From assembly GCA_051313645.2 (NCBI GenBank), contig JBNRSN020000017.1, forward strand, positions 9,238,001 through 9,302,000: a DNA stretch of 64,000 bases, in the 5' to 3' direction. This document shows, piece by piece, positions 52,458-64,000 of the stretch. Every line of letters begins with the position of its first letter. Within the stretch, counting starts at the first letter, position 1. The stretch comes from Centroscyllium fabricii. Taxonomy: Eukaryota. Both the position numbers and the translations under genes were made by a program. The notes beneath the pieces were generated by a model, which was not told the origin of the DNA, did no database searches, and saw nothing but the letters and a program-made list of their open reading frames with translations.

Positions 52458-53938
52458 CTGGGAACAAAACAAAAGCACAGCCTGTAAAAACTCTCTCTCG
52501 TGAATAATGTGTTCGTCGCTGGCGAGTGAAGTTAGTGCTGGGGGAATACGTTAGTGCTGGGGGAATAAAAGAACAAACTCGCATTTATGTCGCACCTTCC
52601 ACGACCTCAGGACGTCCCAATGTACCTTCACAGCCAACTCAGTATGTTTTGATGTGTAGTCACTGTTGTAGGAAACGCGGCAGCCAAATGACACACAGCA
52701 AGATCCCACAAGCAGCAATGTGATAAATGATCAGATTAATCTGTTTTTTTTTTAGTAATGTTGGTTGAGGGATAAATATTGGCCAGGAATCGGGAAGAAC
52801 TCCCCTGCTCTCCTACAATTGTGCTCAAGACTCTGGAGTGGGAATTGAACCCACAATCTTAAGGGCAAGAGTACGACCCACCGAGCCACCGCCCGTGAAC
52901 AGCATCAACTGCTCTTGGGTCAGGTACAGCACAGTCAGCTCAACTCTACTCTGCTCCAGCCAGATGCCTAATTCTAACCTCAGGACCTCCCCATTACTGT
53001 ACCTGGGTGACATGTTTCCCACGCCAGTTTTTCCAAGACCAACAACTCAGTGGTGGATTAGGGGCAGTGTGTGGTATCGGGCAGATTGTCCACTGGGAAG
53101 CCACATCACGATGGATACTCTCACCCAATCAGCCTGGGCTCGGATTTCAACCCGATCTGCTAACTCGCCAGCACACCTTTTGTAAAGTGAGCAGTGTCGT
53201 GTCAGTCACAAGAATTTTCCTTAGAACACATCAAACTACAACATGAACAGACATTGAGCAGGGAGTGTTAAGGCAGCAACTTCTGTTCCTTAAAGTAAGC
53301 GATGAACAGGTGGTGAGGGCAAAGTCCACGACAGAAAAATCATACATGGAATCTGGATAGAGTGAACCTGATGGACACATCAAAAACAGATTGTCTGGTC
53401 ATTCATCACACTGCTGTTTGTGGGAGCTTGCTGTGCGCAAATTGGTTGCCGCATTTCCCGACATGACAATAGTGACTACATGTCAAAAAAGTACTTCATT
53501 GGCTGTAAAGCGCTTTGGGACGTCCTGAGGTTGTGAAAGGCGCTCTAGAAATCTAAGTTTCTTCCTTCTAACTTCGATCTTTGGTGTTTTGAAATTCATA
53601 AGCTTCACTCGTGTGGTTTGGGTGTTTGCAGCAGCTCAATTGTACATCTGCCTCGTACCGCACTGCCAACCACTCGACGAAGCACGGGGCCGAATATCCG
53701 CAGCGAGACGAGGCATTCTGGAACTTTTAACCACCGGGTAAAATGATAGATTAGGAAGAGAAACCCTCTTGGATTACAGGTGCTGTTTTTAAACAGAGGC
53801 AGCTCATCCCGCACCTTCAGTGAAAGCGAATGGGGCCAGATGGTTCTTCCCTGCCGTAGAACCAAATCCTGCCGTAGGAATACACAGGACCAGAAGCCTA
53901 TCAGTCTGTCCAAAAGCATAAAAGTTCTGGGTGGGAAT

Positions 53939-54325
53939 GGGCGGCACGGTGGCACAGTGGTTAGCACTGTTGCCTTACAGCACTAGAGACCCGGGTTCAA
54001 ATCCAGACTCGGGTACTATCTGTGTGGAGTTTGCACATTCTCCCCGTGTCTGCGTGGGTTTCCTCCGGGTGCTCCGGTTTCCTCCCACAGTCCAAAGATG
54101 TGCGGGTTAGGTTGATTGGCCAGGATAAATTGACCCTTAGTGTTAGGGGGATTAAATATGTGGGGTTACGGGGATAGGGTGGGATATGTGTCGGTATAGG
54201 CTCGATAGGGATATGGGGGAGGGCAGGGGCGGGGTACTGGGTTTGGAAGATCAGCCATGATCTCATTGAATGGCGGAGCAGGCTCGAAGGGCCGAATGGC
54301 CTGCTCCTAGTTTCAATGTTTCTAG
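53939..54325 (+). mobile_element. V-SINE (HE1-like), full length
   Basis: Same head, V-domain and CR1 tail. Confidence 0.93.
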
Positions 54326-54611
54326 GTTTCTCGTACGCTAATCGCTCTCATTCCCCTCAACCCTTTCTCAACCAAATATCTATGCAACTCCTTCTTGAAT
54401 TTGCTGTCAGTCTCCAGAGTCTCCCCAGGCAGACTGTTACACACACTGATCACCCTCTATGCGAAGCATTCAATCTAAGCTCTCAGTTCACCGTCCCTCT
54501 TCTAAGTTGGAGTCCGCAGCCCCAGCCGTTTAGTCGACGCTGGAGCAGATTAAGGTAAACTTACCAAACGGGTTTTTAAAATATTGACAATGGCAGCAGT
54601 AAAGTACTTAC

Positions 54612-54744
54612 CGAAAGGTCAGGGTCTGTCCACTGGTGTAAGTGGGATCCTTGGAGTACAGCACGCCACAAGGAGGGGAGTCATTCCTCAGGGCCATGTC
54701 TCTACGACTGCTGAGACTAAAACCTTCGCAGCCTGTGATCCATT
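54612..54744 (-). CDS. CRLF3: CRLF3 exon 6 equivalent, WITGCEGFSLSSRRDMALRNDSPPCGVLYSKDPTYTSGQTLTF
   Basis: gacag acceptor, GTAAGT donor, 133 nt. Confidence 0.95.
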
Positions 54745-55351
54745 CTGTCAACAAGATTCAGAATTCAGGAGTCTGCAGTCCTGTGGATTGAAGCTTCAGT
54801 CAGCTCCCTCAGCTACGCATTTACCCTTGGTTACCCAGAGAATAGCTCAGCCTTGTTAGTACAGTTTTTAATATCTAAACGGGATACACAAAGTTCTCAA
54901 TTAAGGGGTAAATGCATGCCAGTGGCATAGTGGTTTATGTTACTAGACCAGTAATCCAGAGGCCTGCACTCATAATCTGGAGACACAAGTTTAAATCCCA
55001 CCACGGCAGCTGGGGAATTTAAATTGAGTTAATTAAATAAATCTGGAATTAAAAAGGATCGTCGTAAAAACCCATCTGTTCACCTGCCCCCACCTCTTCC
55101 CCGTTCTATTCCTTTCCCCATTCTCCTACAGCCTCTCGCCCATCACCAGCTGCCAGGCCTCTATCTGCCATTGCGGAGTGCGTCACAGTAAGTGCATGAG
55201 GAGAAGGGGTGGGTGGGTGGAGAGCAGGCCTGGAGCAGCATCGCCACAACAGGTAGCACCTGCTGGGGAGGGTTGGACTGGACTTCACGGCTGTAACCCT
55301 GTTAAACAAAACAAGAATCCCGAGAGTTTCGCCGTTAACGGCTGCACTGAC

Positions 55352-55574
55352 CGTGTGCAGTCAGGGTGGTGTGTGCAGTCTGCGGAATACTCCAAGGGCT
55401 CCACTCCATTCGCCCCTCTCCCCGGGCGCACACACGGAACGTGTAGCCAACATTGGGGTCAAGGTGCAAAACCACAAATTCGGTATCAGGTCCAATGTAG
55501 ACATCTTCAAAGTGGCAGGCGGTGTTTTTACAAAACTGCAGCCGATACTCCTGTGCCACAAAGTCATCGTCGTC
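55352..55574 (-). CDS. CRLF3: CRLF3 exon 5 equivalent, FN3 domain with WSPWS motif
   Basis: gttag acceptor, GTCAGT donor, 223 nt; DDDDFVAQEYRLQF...EWSPWSIPQ. Confidence 0.96.
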
Positions 55575-56642
55575 CTAACAACAAAACACAAAACATCAGT
55601 TACGCTTCAGTCTGCGACGTCCATAAAGTCGAGGACTCGTCAGCGGGTAACTGCACCTCCCAGCGTGGTACTGAGCCACGTGCCCCAGGAAGGGCCCCCC
55701 CACTCCAAGTTCAGTACACCTGTACTCAGTCTGTGCCGAGTTCAAGTCCTGCTCACTGGACAACACCGTCCAGAGTTTGCACGGTGAAGTCGTGAGTAAC
55801 TATGCGAATGAAGTTGGACTGGAAAATTGAGTACTATTAGCACTTGAGATTCAGTGGGGTCTTAAAGCTGCGGAAACCAAATTAGGACCGATTTAAACCC
55901 GAAGATAGAAATCAGAGCTGAATTGCCAGCATTTTGTGTTTGTACCTCAGACGGCTGCCCCACTAATGGAATAAAGACTCAAAGAAAATTCTTACTTTTT
56001 GTTGAAACCGTGTCGGATGTTTCATGTAAAACAACTCCTGACCAGATTGTGCATGCTGACATAATGGTAAGCTTTAGATTCTGACAATATTGGGTGATTT
56101 TTTTTTTGTGGTGAGGTGAGATCTAATAAAGGTGCTCAAAATTATGAAGGGTTTCGATGGAGTAAATAAGAAGAAACTCTTTCCACTGGTGCCGGGCAGG
56201 TAACCAGAGGACAGAGATTTACGAGAAAAAAATTAGCGGGGAGATGAGAATTTTTTTTTACGCAGCGAGTTGTTGTGATCTGGAATGTACTCCCTGAAAG
56301 GGCGGTAGAAGCAGATTCAATAGTAACTTTCAAAAGGGAATTGGATGAATACTCTAAAGAAGATGGGGGGGACGGGACTCTAAAGGCAAGTCAACCTTGA
56401 TCAGTGTGATGGATCGATTGGTCACTGGCGGAGGAATTGGAGCCGACCTTCTGGTTAAAGTCTGGTACATGGACTGCGATGGAGATAGAGGTGTGGCTAT
56501 AATGAAGGGAAAGAGAATATTGCAAGTGGAAGGGGGATTTGGATTTATACATAGTCCAGGTCAAATGAGGCTGTCTGTCTGTGGAAGAGTGGTAATTAAG
56601 TCTAGATTGGGAAATTGTAGTTGCCATGGCAAGATGAAAGCA

Positions 56643-57043
56643 GGGCGGCACGGTGGCATAGTGGTTAGCACTGTTGTCTCACAGCACTAGAGACCCGGGT
56701 TCAAATCCAGCCTCGGGTACTATCTGTGTGGAGTTTGCACATTCTCCCCGTGTCTACGTGGGTTTCCTCCGGGTGCTCCGGTTTCCTCCCACAGTCCAAA
56801 GATGTGCGGGTTAGGTTGATTGGCCAGGATAAATTGACACTTCGTGTTAGGGGGATTGAATATGTGGGGTTACGGGGATAGGGTGGGATATGTGTCGGTG
56901 CAGGTTTGAGAGGGATATGGGGACAAGGCAGGGACAGGGTACTGGGGTTGGATGATCAGCCATGATCTCATTGAATGGCGGAGCAGGCTTGAAGGGCCGA
57001 ATGGCCTACTCCTGCTCCTATCTTCTATGTTTCTATGTTTCTA
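56643..57043 (+). mobile_element. V-SINE (HE1-like), full length
   Basis: Same head, V-domain and CR1 tail. Confidence 0.93.
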
Positions 57044-57075
57044 TTTCCAGCAGTATTTTGCCTTTTACAGCTATT

Positions 57076-57108
57076 CTGCTCCCTCTGGTGGTCACTTGCA
57101 GAACTGCA
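57076..57108 (-). promoter_or_regulatory. CTCF-like site with upstream motif
   Basis: - strand reads TGCAGTTC-n6-TGACCACCAGAGGGAGCAG, matching the CTCF core plus the upstream TGCAG motif. Confidence 0.55.
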
Positions 57109-57956
57109 TGGACAGAATTGTTGCAACAAGTTTCCTGCGTTAAACGCTGAGAATCCTGCAGCACAGGAGGCCGGCCATTCAGCCCATCATGCCAGTACCG
57201 GCTCTCTGAAAGAGCGATCCAATTAGTCTCACTCCCCAGCTCTTTCCCCATAGCCCTGCACATTTTTTTCCCTATTTAAGTGTACACCCAATTGCCCTTT
57301 GAAAGATACTGTTGAATCTGCTATCTCCGCCCGTTCAGGCAGCACATTCCAGATCACAACAAATCGCTGCGTTAAAAAAAAAAAATTGCCTCATCTCCCC
57401 TCTGGTTCTTTTGCCAATTATCTTCAATCTGTGTCCTCTGGTCACCAACCCTCCTCCTGGCCTCACAAAGAGCAGTTTTAAACTCACGTGACGGGTCCCC
57501 CACTGCGATTCCGCCAGGTTTTACTGTGGCGGGGTTCAAATTACATCATAGACATGTATTCACCAGGCTCCCGCCCGAGTCTGGCAAGCTCCTCAACCGC
57601 CCGAGGAAGCAGCGCTGTTAAAACGGCCGCAGGGTGGGAACGGAACGGCAAGTCCATCAGTGGGATCTTAACCACCGTTCTGCCAAGCTGTTGCCACCAT
57701 CTAACTGAATGGGGCTCGTTGGGCTGAATGGCCTACTCCTCTTCCTATGTAGCAGCATTTGCCATAGGGTCAGCAGGCTCTGGGTTAGCTCTGAAATCAG
57801 CCTGAAGTTGTAGTGTCTTAATGTGAATTAAGCACTCCCCATAGAACATCTTCCCCCATTAACTCTTCTTGGTGAAGGGTGGGGGGGGGAAACAGGTGAA
57901 AAAAGGAGGGAAGAGGGAGAAATTGGTGGACAGTTCCATTTTGGAGATTCGCTCAC

Positions 57957-58134
57957 CTTGCACCATCGGACGAGAATCCCTCCAGGCCTTTCGGTCAATT
58001 CCTCTATCTGGACAGGAGGTCGCGATGCCACTGCTCCATGGCTAAAGATTCGATCCTTGACAAAGCTGAGAAAGCATTCGTCTAACTGAGCCGATAAACA
58101 TGGCACTTCCACCAGTAAAGGGACTTCTGGCAAA
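57957..58134 (-). CDS. CRLF3: CRLF3 exon 4 equivalent, LPEVPLLVEVPCLSAQLD...GGILVRWCK
   Basis: ctctag acceptor, GTGAGC donor, 178 nt. Confidence 0.96.
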
Positions 58135-58197
58135 CTAGAGTGAAAAGGAACCAGAGGAGAAGGGACATGTCAGGAAAACACACACCATGGGACATGA

Positions 58198-58846
58198 GGG
58201 CGGCACGGTGGCACAGTGGTTAGCATTGTTGCCTCACAGCACTAGAGACCTGGGTTCAAATCCAGCCTCGGGTACTATCTGTGTGGAGTTTGCACATTCT
58301 CCCCATGTCTGCGTGGGTTTCCTCCGGGTGCTCCGGTTTCCTCCCACAGTCCAAAGATGTGCGGGTTAGGTTGATTGGCCAGGATAAATTGACCCTTAGT
58401 GTTAGGGGGATTGAATAAACATAGAAGATAGGAGCAGGAGAAGGCCATTCGGCCCTTCGAGCCTGCTCCGCCATTCAATGAGATCATGGCTGATCATCCA
58501 AACCCAGTACCCCGCCCCTGCCCTCTCCCCATATCCCTCGATCCCTATCGAGCCTACACCGACACATATCCCACCCTATCCCCGTAACCCGACATATTCA
58601 ATCCCCCTAACACTAAGGGTCAATTTATCATGGCCAATCAACCTAACCCGCACATCTTTGAATATGTGGGGTTACGGGGATAGGGTGGGATATGTGTCGA
58701 TGCAGGCTCAATAGGGATCGAGTGATATGGGGAGAGGGCAGGGACGGGGTACTGAGTTTGGATGATCAGCCATGATCTCATTGAATGGCGGAGCAGGCTC
58801 AAAGGGCCGAATGGCCTACTCCTGCTCCTAGTTTCTATGTTTCTAT
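58198..58846 (+). mobile_element. V-SINE with an inverted, 5'-truncated copy of the same family inserted at 58418-58660
   Basis: TTGAATA duplicated at 58411-58417 and 58658-58664. Confidence 0.9.
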
Positions 58847-59124
58847 CAGATAACTGGAGGCATGTGCATGTTGGTGCACGTTTTACTCCCTGAACCCTCT
58901 GGTATTTCCAGCCCTCCAGCAAGCAGCATCTCTCCACAGACCACTTGAGGAGCCCTGGCCTCGAATTCAACAATGCTCCACAACTACACAGTCACAAATT
59001 AGGGGTGTGGGGGAATCGTTGGGCCACAAATATACTCCCCTTCATTATAACACTGAGCATCATAGAAGCCCCGATATACGCCCTTCACTGTAGTACTGAA
59101 CATTTTGGGGGTGCAGATGTGAGA

Positions 59125-59197
59125 GTAAGAGAGAGAAAAATGAGGGAGAGAGAGAGAGAAAGAGAGAGATAAAAAAAGAACGAGAGAGAAAGAGATA
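59125..59197. repeat. (GA)n-rich simple repeat; (TA)n tracts also near 33286-33320 and 49505-49570
   Basis: Direct reading. Confidence 0.9.
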
Positions 59198-59469
59198 AAA
59201 GCACCTTTCACAACCTCAGGATCTCCCAAAGCACTTTACAGCCATGAAGTAGAAGCAGCAATGTGATAATGACCAAATAATCTGTTTTTTAACGATTTTT
59301 GAGGGATAAATATTGGCCAGGACACTGGGGAGAACGCCCCTGCTCTACTTCGAAATAGTGCCCTGGGATCTTTTACCTCCACCTGAGACAGCAGATTTAA
59401 CGTCTCATCCGAAAGACAGCACCTCCGACAGTTATTGGAAAGACATCTGAAGGACGGGATAAATCTTCA

Positions 59470-61143
59470 TTTAGAATGACCCGGATTAATCAAGGACAGT
59501 CAGCACGGATTTGTTAAGGGAAGGTCGGGTCTGACAAACTGGATTGAATTTTTGAGGAGGTAACAAGGAGGGTAGAGCGTTTGATGTAGTGCATATGGAC
59601 TTTAGCAAGGCTTTTGATAAGGATCCACATGGCAGACTGGTCATGAAGTTAAAAGCCCCTGGGATCCAGGGCAAAGTTGGATTCAAAACTGGCTCGGAGA
59701 CAGGAAGCAGAGGGCAATGGTTGACGGGTGTTTTTGTGACTGGAAGGCTGTTTCCAGTGGGGTTCCGCAGGGCTCAGTACTAGGTCCCTTGCTTTTTGTG
59801 GTATAGATCAATGATCTAGACTTGAATAGTCCAAAGATGTGCGGGTTAGGTTGATTGGCCAGGATAAATTGACCCTTAGTGTTAGGGGGTTTGAATATGT
59901 GGGGTTACGGGGATAGGGTGGGATATGTGTTGATGGAGGCTCGATAGGGATATGGGGAGAGGGCAGGGGCGGGGTGCTGGGTTTGGATGATCAGCCATGA
60001 TCTCATTGAATGGCGGAGCAGGCTCGAAGGGCCGAATGGCCTACTCCTGCTCCTAGTTTCTATGTTTCTATAGGGGGTATGATTAAGAAGTTTGCAGAGA
60101 ATACCAAAATCGGCTGTGTGGTTGATACTGAAGAAGGAAGCTGTAGACTGCAGGAAGATATCAATAAATTGGTCAGGTGGGCAGAACAATGGCAAATGGA
60201 ATTCAATCCGGAGAAGTGTGAGGTAATGCATTTGGGGAGGGCTAACAAGGAAAGGGAATACACAATAAATGGTCGGACACTGAGTAGTGTAGAGGAACAA
60301 AGGGAACTTGGAGTGCAGGTCCACAGATCCCTGAAAGTAGCAGGCCAGGTAGATAAGGTGGTTAAGAAGGCAGACGGAATGCTTGCCTTTATTAGCCGTG
60401 GCATCGAATACAAGAGCAGGGGGGGTTATGCTTCAACTGTATAAAACACTAGTTAGGCCTCAGCGAGAGTACTGCGTATAGTTCTGGTCACCACATTGCA
60501 GGAAAGACGTGATTGTACTGGAGAGGGTACAGAGGAGATTTACAAGGATGTTGCCGGGAGTAGAGAATCTTAGCTATGAGGAAAGACTGGATAGGCTGGG
60601 TCTGTTTTCCTTGGAACAGAGGAGGCTGAGGGGAGACCATATTGAGGTGTATAAAATTATGAGGGGCCGAGATAAAGTGGATAGAAAGGACCTATTTCCT
60701 TTAGCAGAGTGGTCAAAAACCAGGGGGCACAGATTTAAAGTAATAGGTGGAAGGTTTAGAGGGGATTGGAGGGGAAATGTTTTCACCCAGAAGGTTACAT
60801 AAGAAATAGGAGCAGGAGTCGGCCAATCGGCCCCTCGAGCCTGCTCCGCCATTCAATGAGATCATGGCTGATCTGATCCCAACCTCAAATCTACTTTCAC
60901 TCTCCATCCCACCCGAACCCATGTTGTGGGGGTCTGGAACTCACTGCCTGAAAGGGTGGTAGAGGCAGGAACCCGAGCCACATTTAAAAAGTACTTGGAT
61001 GTGCACTTGGGATGCTGCAACCTGCAGGGCTACGGACCAGGAGCTGGGAAGTGGGATTCGGCTGGATAGTTCTTTGTTGGCCGGCGCGGACACGAGGGGC
61101 CGAAATGGCCTCCTTCCGTGCTGTAACTTTCTATGATTCTATG
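59470..61143 (+). mobile_element. CR1 LINE with two nested insertions (59829-60070 and 60797-60924)
   Basis: MDFSKAFDK, KFAENTKIG, RLGLFSLEQRRLRGD motifs; CTATGATT tail. Confidence 0.92.
59829..60070 (+). mobile_element. 5'-truncated V-SINE inside a CR1
   Basis: Starts at TCCAAAGATGTGCGGG and ends CTATGTTTCTAT. Confidence 0.88.
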
Positions 61144-61263
61144 ACAGTGCAGCACTGGGAATGTTGGCCTGGATTGCGTGCTCAAGTCTCTGTACTCCGC
61201 ACCCACTTTTTAAAAAATGGAGCAAAAGCGAGAACTAATTTGATCAAGTGGAGAAATATTGAC

Positions 61264-61348
61264 CTGTCGAGTTGGATTTGCAGAGCTTTTTTTGTGAAGT
61301 TTCCAAGTTTCTCCTCCTCTGCCGTCCCACAGAGCACAGCGACCTCTC
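61264..61348 (-). CDS. CRLF3: CRLF3 exon 3 equivalent, EVAVLCGTAEEEKLGNFTKKALQIQLD
   Basis: ttacag acceptor, GTCAAT donor, 85 nt, phase-2 end matches exon 4. Confidence 0.92.
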
Positions 61349-61899
61349 CTGTAAAACAGTAAAAGACGGTCAGCAGAGCAGCATCTGCAAGGCAATCCCG
61401 GAAATGTTACGTTTCTTTCCATCTGCCATTCCACCCCCGCAGAGTTTAACCAAACTAACTGCCTATTTCACAATCACATAGAATTAACAGCAGAGAAACT
61501 GGCCAGTCGGCCCAACAAGTCCGTGCCGGTGTTTATGCTCCACACGAGCCTCCTCCCGCCCCCTCTTCATCTCACCCCATCGACATATCGTTACCCAGCT
61601 CTGGGTGAGCTCTCTTACTCAGTGCAGTCGTTACATGAATTATAGTCTTTACAGCACAGAATAATTGAATTTATCCACAGAATGTTTTTTGTGTGTGTCT
61701 TTTAAAGCTTTCATTAATGTTATTACCGGGAACCCTCGGGCCTCTCTCCCAAAAGCCTGAGCGTAGAGCTAATACTTTTGCCCAAAGTTGTGACTCTTAG
61801 TTTGGATTGTGCACTCTGAGCACAGACACTATTGTTCAAAAAAGGTGTAAATATAAACCCAGCAACTACACCACAGGCCAGTCAGTTTAACCTCGGTAG

Positions 61900-62113
61900 T
61901 GGGGAAGCTTTTAGAAACAGTAATCAGGGACAAAATTAACAGTCACTTGGACAAGTGTGGATTAATTAAGGAAAGCCAGCACAGATTTGTTAAAGGCAAA
62001 TCATGTTTAACTAACTTGACTGAATTTTTTGATGCGGTAACAGAGGGTTGATGAGGGCAATGCAGTTGATGTGGTGTACGTGGATTTCCAAAAGGCGATC
62101 GACAAAGTGCCAC
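61900..62113 (+). mobile_element. CR1 RT fragment cut by the Gypsy insertion
   Basis: SQHRFVKGKSCLTNL...DFQKAIDKVP. Confidence 0.85.
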
Positions 62114-64000
62114 TGTGGTAACCCTTTTATGTAGTTGTTTTACCACTGTATTATTGGGCCAATAATGGGCTGTGCAGATGTAAGGCACAGCCCTGTAACC
62201 TGTGTAATACTGTTGGGAGCCAGGTCAGCCACACCTCTAACTCCTCCCCCAGGTGAGGCCCTTTATAGGTGGAAACTGACCGAGGCTCCTCATTCCTGTA
62301 CAGAAGTTCGTTCCGGAGGTTAGCTCCAATCTTAGCGATTAAAAGCCTTTAGTTACGGTAACTACTCGTCGACTCTTTTAATCGAAAGTATTGACGATAC
62401 GTCAATTTTAATCGCTAAATATTATAAAATGGATAGCAGCGCAGTTAAACCTGAGAAGCTGGACATCAGTCCCCAGGACCTGGCCGCTGCTACCACGTTC
62501 GAACACTGGTTCGGCCTCCTGGAGGCCTACATGGACGCCGCCAAGGCTACATCGGACAGGAACAAATTGCAGGTCCTCCGGTCGAGGATCTCCAGCAGGG
62601 TATTCTCCCTCATCAGAAACGCCTCAGCCTACACAGCGGCTGTGCTGCAACTAAGAAAATGCTACGAGCGCCCGGTCCATTCGGTCTACGCCCGACATGT
62701 GCTTGCAACCAGATCTCAGCTACCGGGTGAGACCAATGAGCAGTTCGAGCAAGCGCTCCAGGCCCTGGTACGGGTCTGTGGCTGCCAAGCCAGAACAGCT
62801 GAAGAGGAGGCGAATCTCCTCATTCGGGACGCTTACGTTACGGGACGGGACTAAGGTGTGTGGAAGCCCGCCAGCGGCTACTGGAGAGAGACACTCTGTC
62901 CCTTGAGGAGGCGATTAAGATAGCCAACTCAGTAGAGGGGGCCCGAAACAAACTACAGGCGTACAGCGGCACTAACCCGCAAGCCTACGACATATGGGCC
63001 GCGCCACAACGGGCCCAGGCCTGGGCAGCACCACAACGGGCCGAGACCCCCACGATGGCTGCGACAGCCACTAAAGATAAGCGCTGCTACTTCTGCAGCC
63101 AGGGACTGCACCCAAGAGCGAGATGCCCAGCCAGGACAGCGACCTGCGAGAGGTGCGCTAAGAAAGGACACTACGCTAAAGCCTGCAGATCAGCTCCAGC
63201 AGCGCCTAACCCAAGGTACAACAGTGCAGCCTGTGAGAGCACCGACAGACACCAGGTAAGCTGCAATAGCAGCGCGATCCAGCGACGGTCCGGGGGTAGA
63301 CAACAAGCGCCCCCATCTCCCACCCCGATGCGGCAAAGGCCGGCCAAGCGCGACCCCCCAACGCGGCCAGCTGCATGCGAATCACGGGCACCGCCAACCC
63401 GACCACCGCGGCTCGCTGCGTGCGAATCACGGGCACCGCCAACCCGACCACCGCGGCTCGCTGCGTGCGAATCACGGGCACCGCCAACCCGACCACCGCG
63501 TGTGAATCACGGGCGCCGCCAGCGCGCTCACAGCGGCCCACCATGTGCGACCCCTCGGCGACGCCATTTTGTATCCAGGGCCCCTCCATGTGCGAGCCAG
63601 GGGCGCTGCCATTTTGTATCCAGGGCCCCGCCATGTGCGAGCCAGGGGCGCCGCCATCTTGTATCCAGGGCCCCACCATGTGCGAGCCAGGGGCGCCGCC
63701 ATCTTGTGTACAGCCCCGACCAGCAAGGGCCCCACGCACACGAAAACGCACGGCTGCGGCGGCCAGACTCAGAGTGAACCAGGACAGGCCACATAGCCTG
63801 TCTAATTCTATTATGCCGATCAAGATTAACGACTACACTGTTAACTGCCTGTTTGACACAGGAAGCACTGAGAGCTTCGTACACCCCGATACAGTGCAGC
63901 GCTGCGGACTGCAGGTCCGGCCCACTAACTAACAAGTCTCCCGAGCTTCACAGTCCCACACCGCGGACGTCACCGGCTACTGCTCCGTCACGCTCACAGT
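62114..64000 (+). mobile_element. Second Ty3/Gypsy element (5' LTR about 62114-62404, gag from 62429, protease), inserted into a CR1 and cut off by the window end
   Basis: CR1 RT sequence stops at ...gacaaagtgccac|TGTGGTAA; gag KPEKLD...FEHW; CYFC and CERC zinc knuckles; LFDTGS protease; stops at 62852 and 63930 and a frameshift near 63500. Confidence 0.9.
63370..63710 (+). repeat. Two arrays of 45-bp tandem repeats in the gag-protease linker (AACESRAPPTRPPRL x3; MCEPGAPPSCIQGPT-like x4)
   Basis: Visible in both the DNA and the translated ORFs. Confidence 0.9.

Noticed and set aside
53939-54020. tRNA genes at SINE heads (also 14260-14332, 29161-29225, 56643, 58198)
   Set aside because: tRNA-derived heads continue into SINE bodies; no complete cloverleaf or Pol III terminator
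55178-55795. 205-aa + strand ORF
   Set aside because: Antisense to CRLF3 exon 5, with no splice or homology support
63370-63710. CRISPR-like array
   Set aside because: Tandem coding repeats without unique spacers, inside a eukaryotic retrotransposon

Overview
Vertebrate genomic DNA, almost certainly from a cartilaginous fish (elasmobranch), judged from the HE1/V-SINE, SacSINE1/DeuSINE-type and HER1/CR1 repeats. It holds two convergent genes. SUZ12 is on the + strand: 12 coding exons equivalent to human exons 5-16, from 1094 to the stop at 32582, with a 3'UTR to about 34.6 kb. CRLF3 is on the - strand: 6 coding exons equivalent to human exons 3-8, from 61348 to the stop at 48353. The 5' ends of both genes lie outside the window. 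Between their 3' ends is a full-length but frameshifted Gypsy LTR retrotransposon (39962-44525, GTAA target duplication, tRNA-Trp primer site). A second, different Gypsy starts at 62114 and runs off the window. The introns are dense with CR1 LINEs, SINEs, Penelope-like remnants and MITEs (Harbinger, hAT, Tigger/pogo-like). Best leads: (1) a Tigger-like MITE family whose three copies share ends but carry unrelated GC-rich cores, one resembling a captured first exon; (2) a roughly 130-nt multi-stem, possibly pseudoknotted RNA module in a CR1 3'UTR; (3) a Gypsy with no tRNA primer site, whose primer-site position is complementary to its own polyA-signal region; (4) a candidate in-frame 72-nt extra SUZ12 exon. 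Everything was read by eye. Exon boundaries were checked against splice sites and reading frame. Repeat boundaries are approximate, and family names come from memory of consensus motifs, not from searches.
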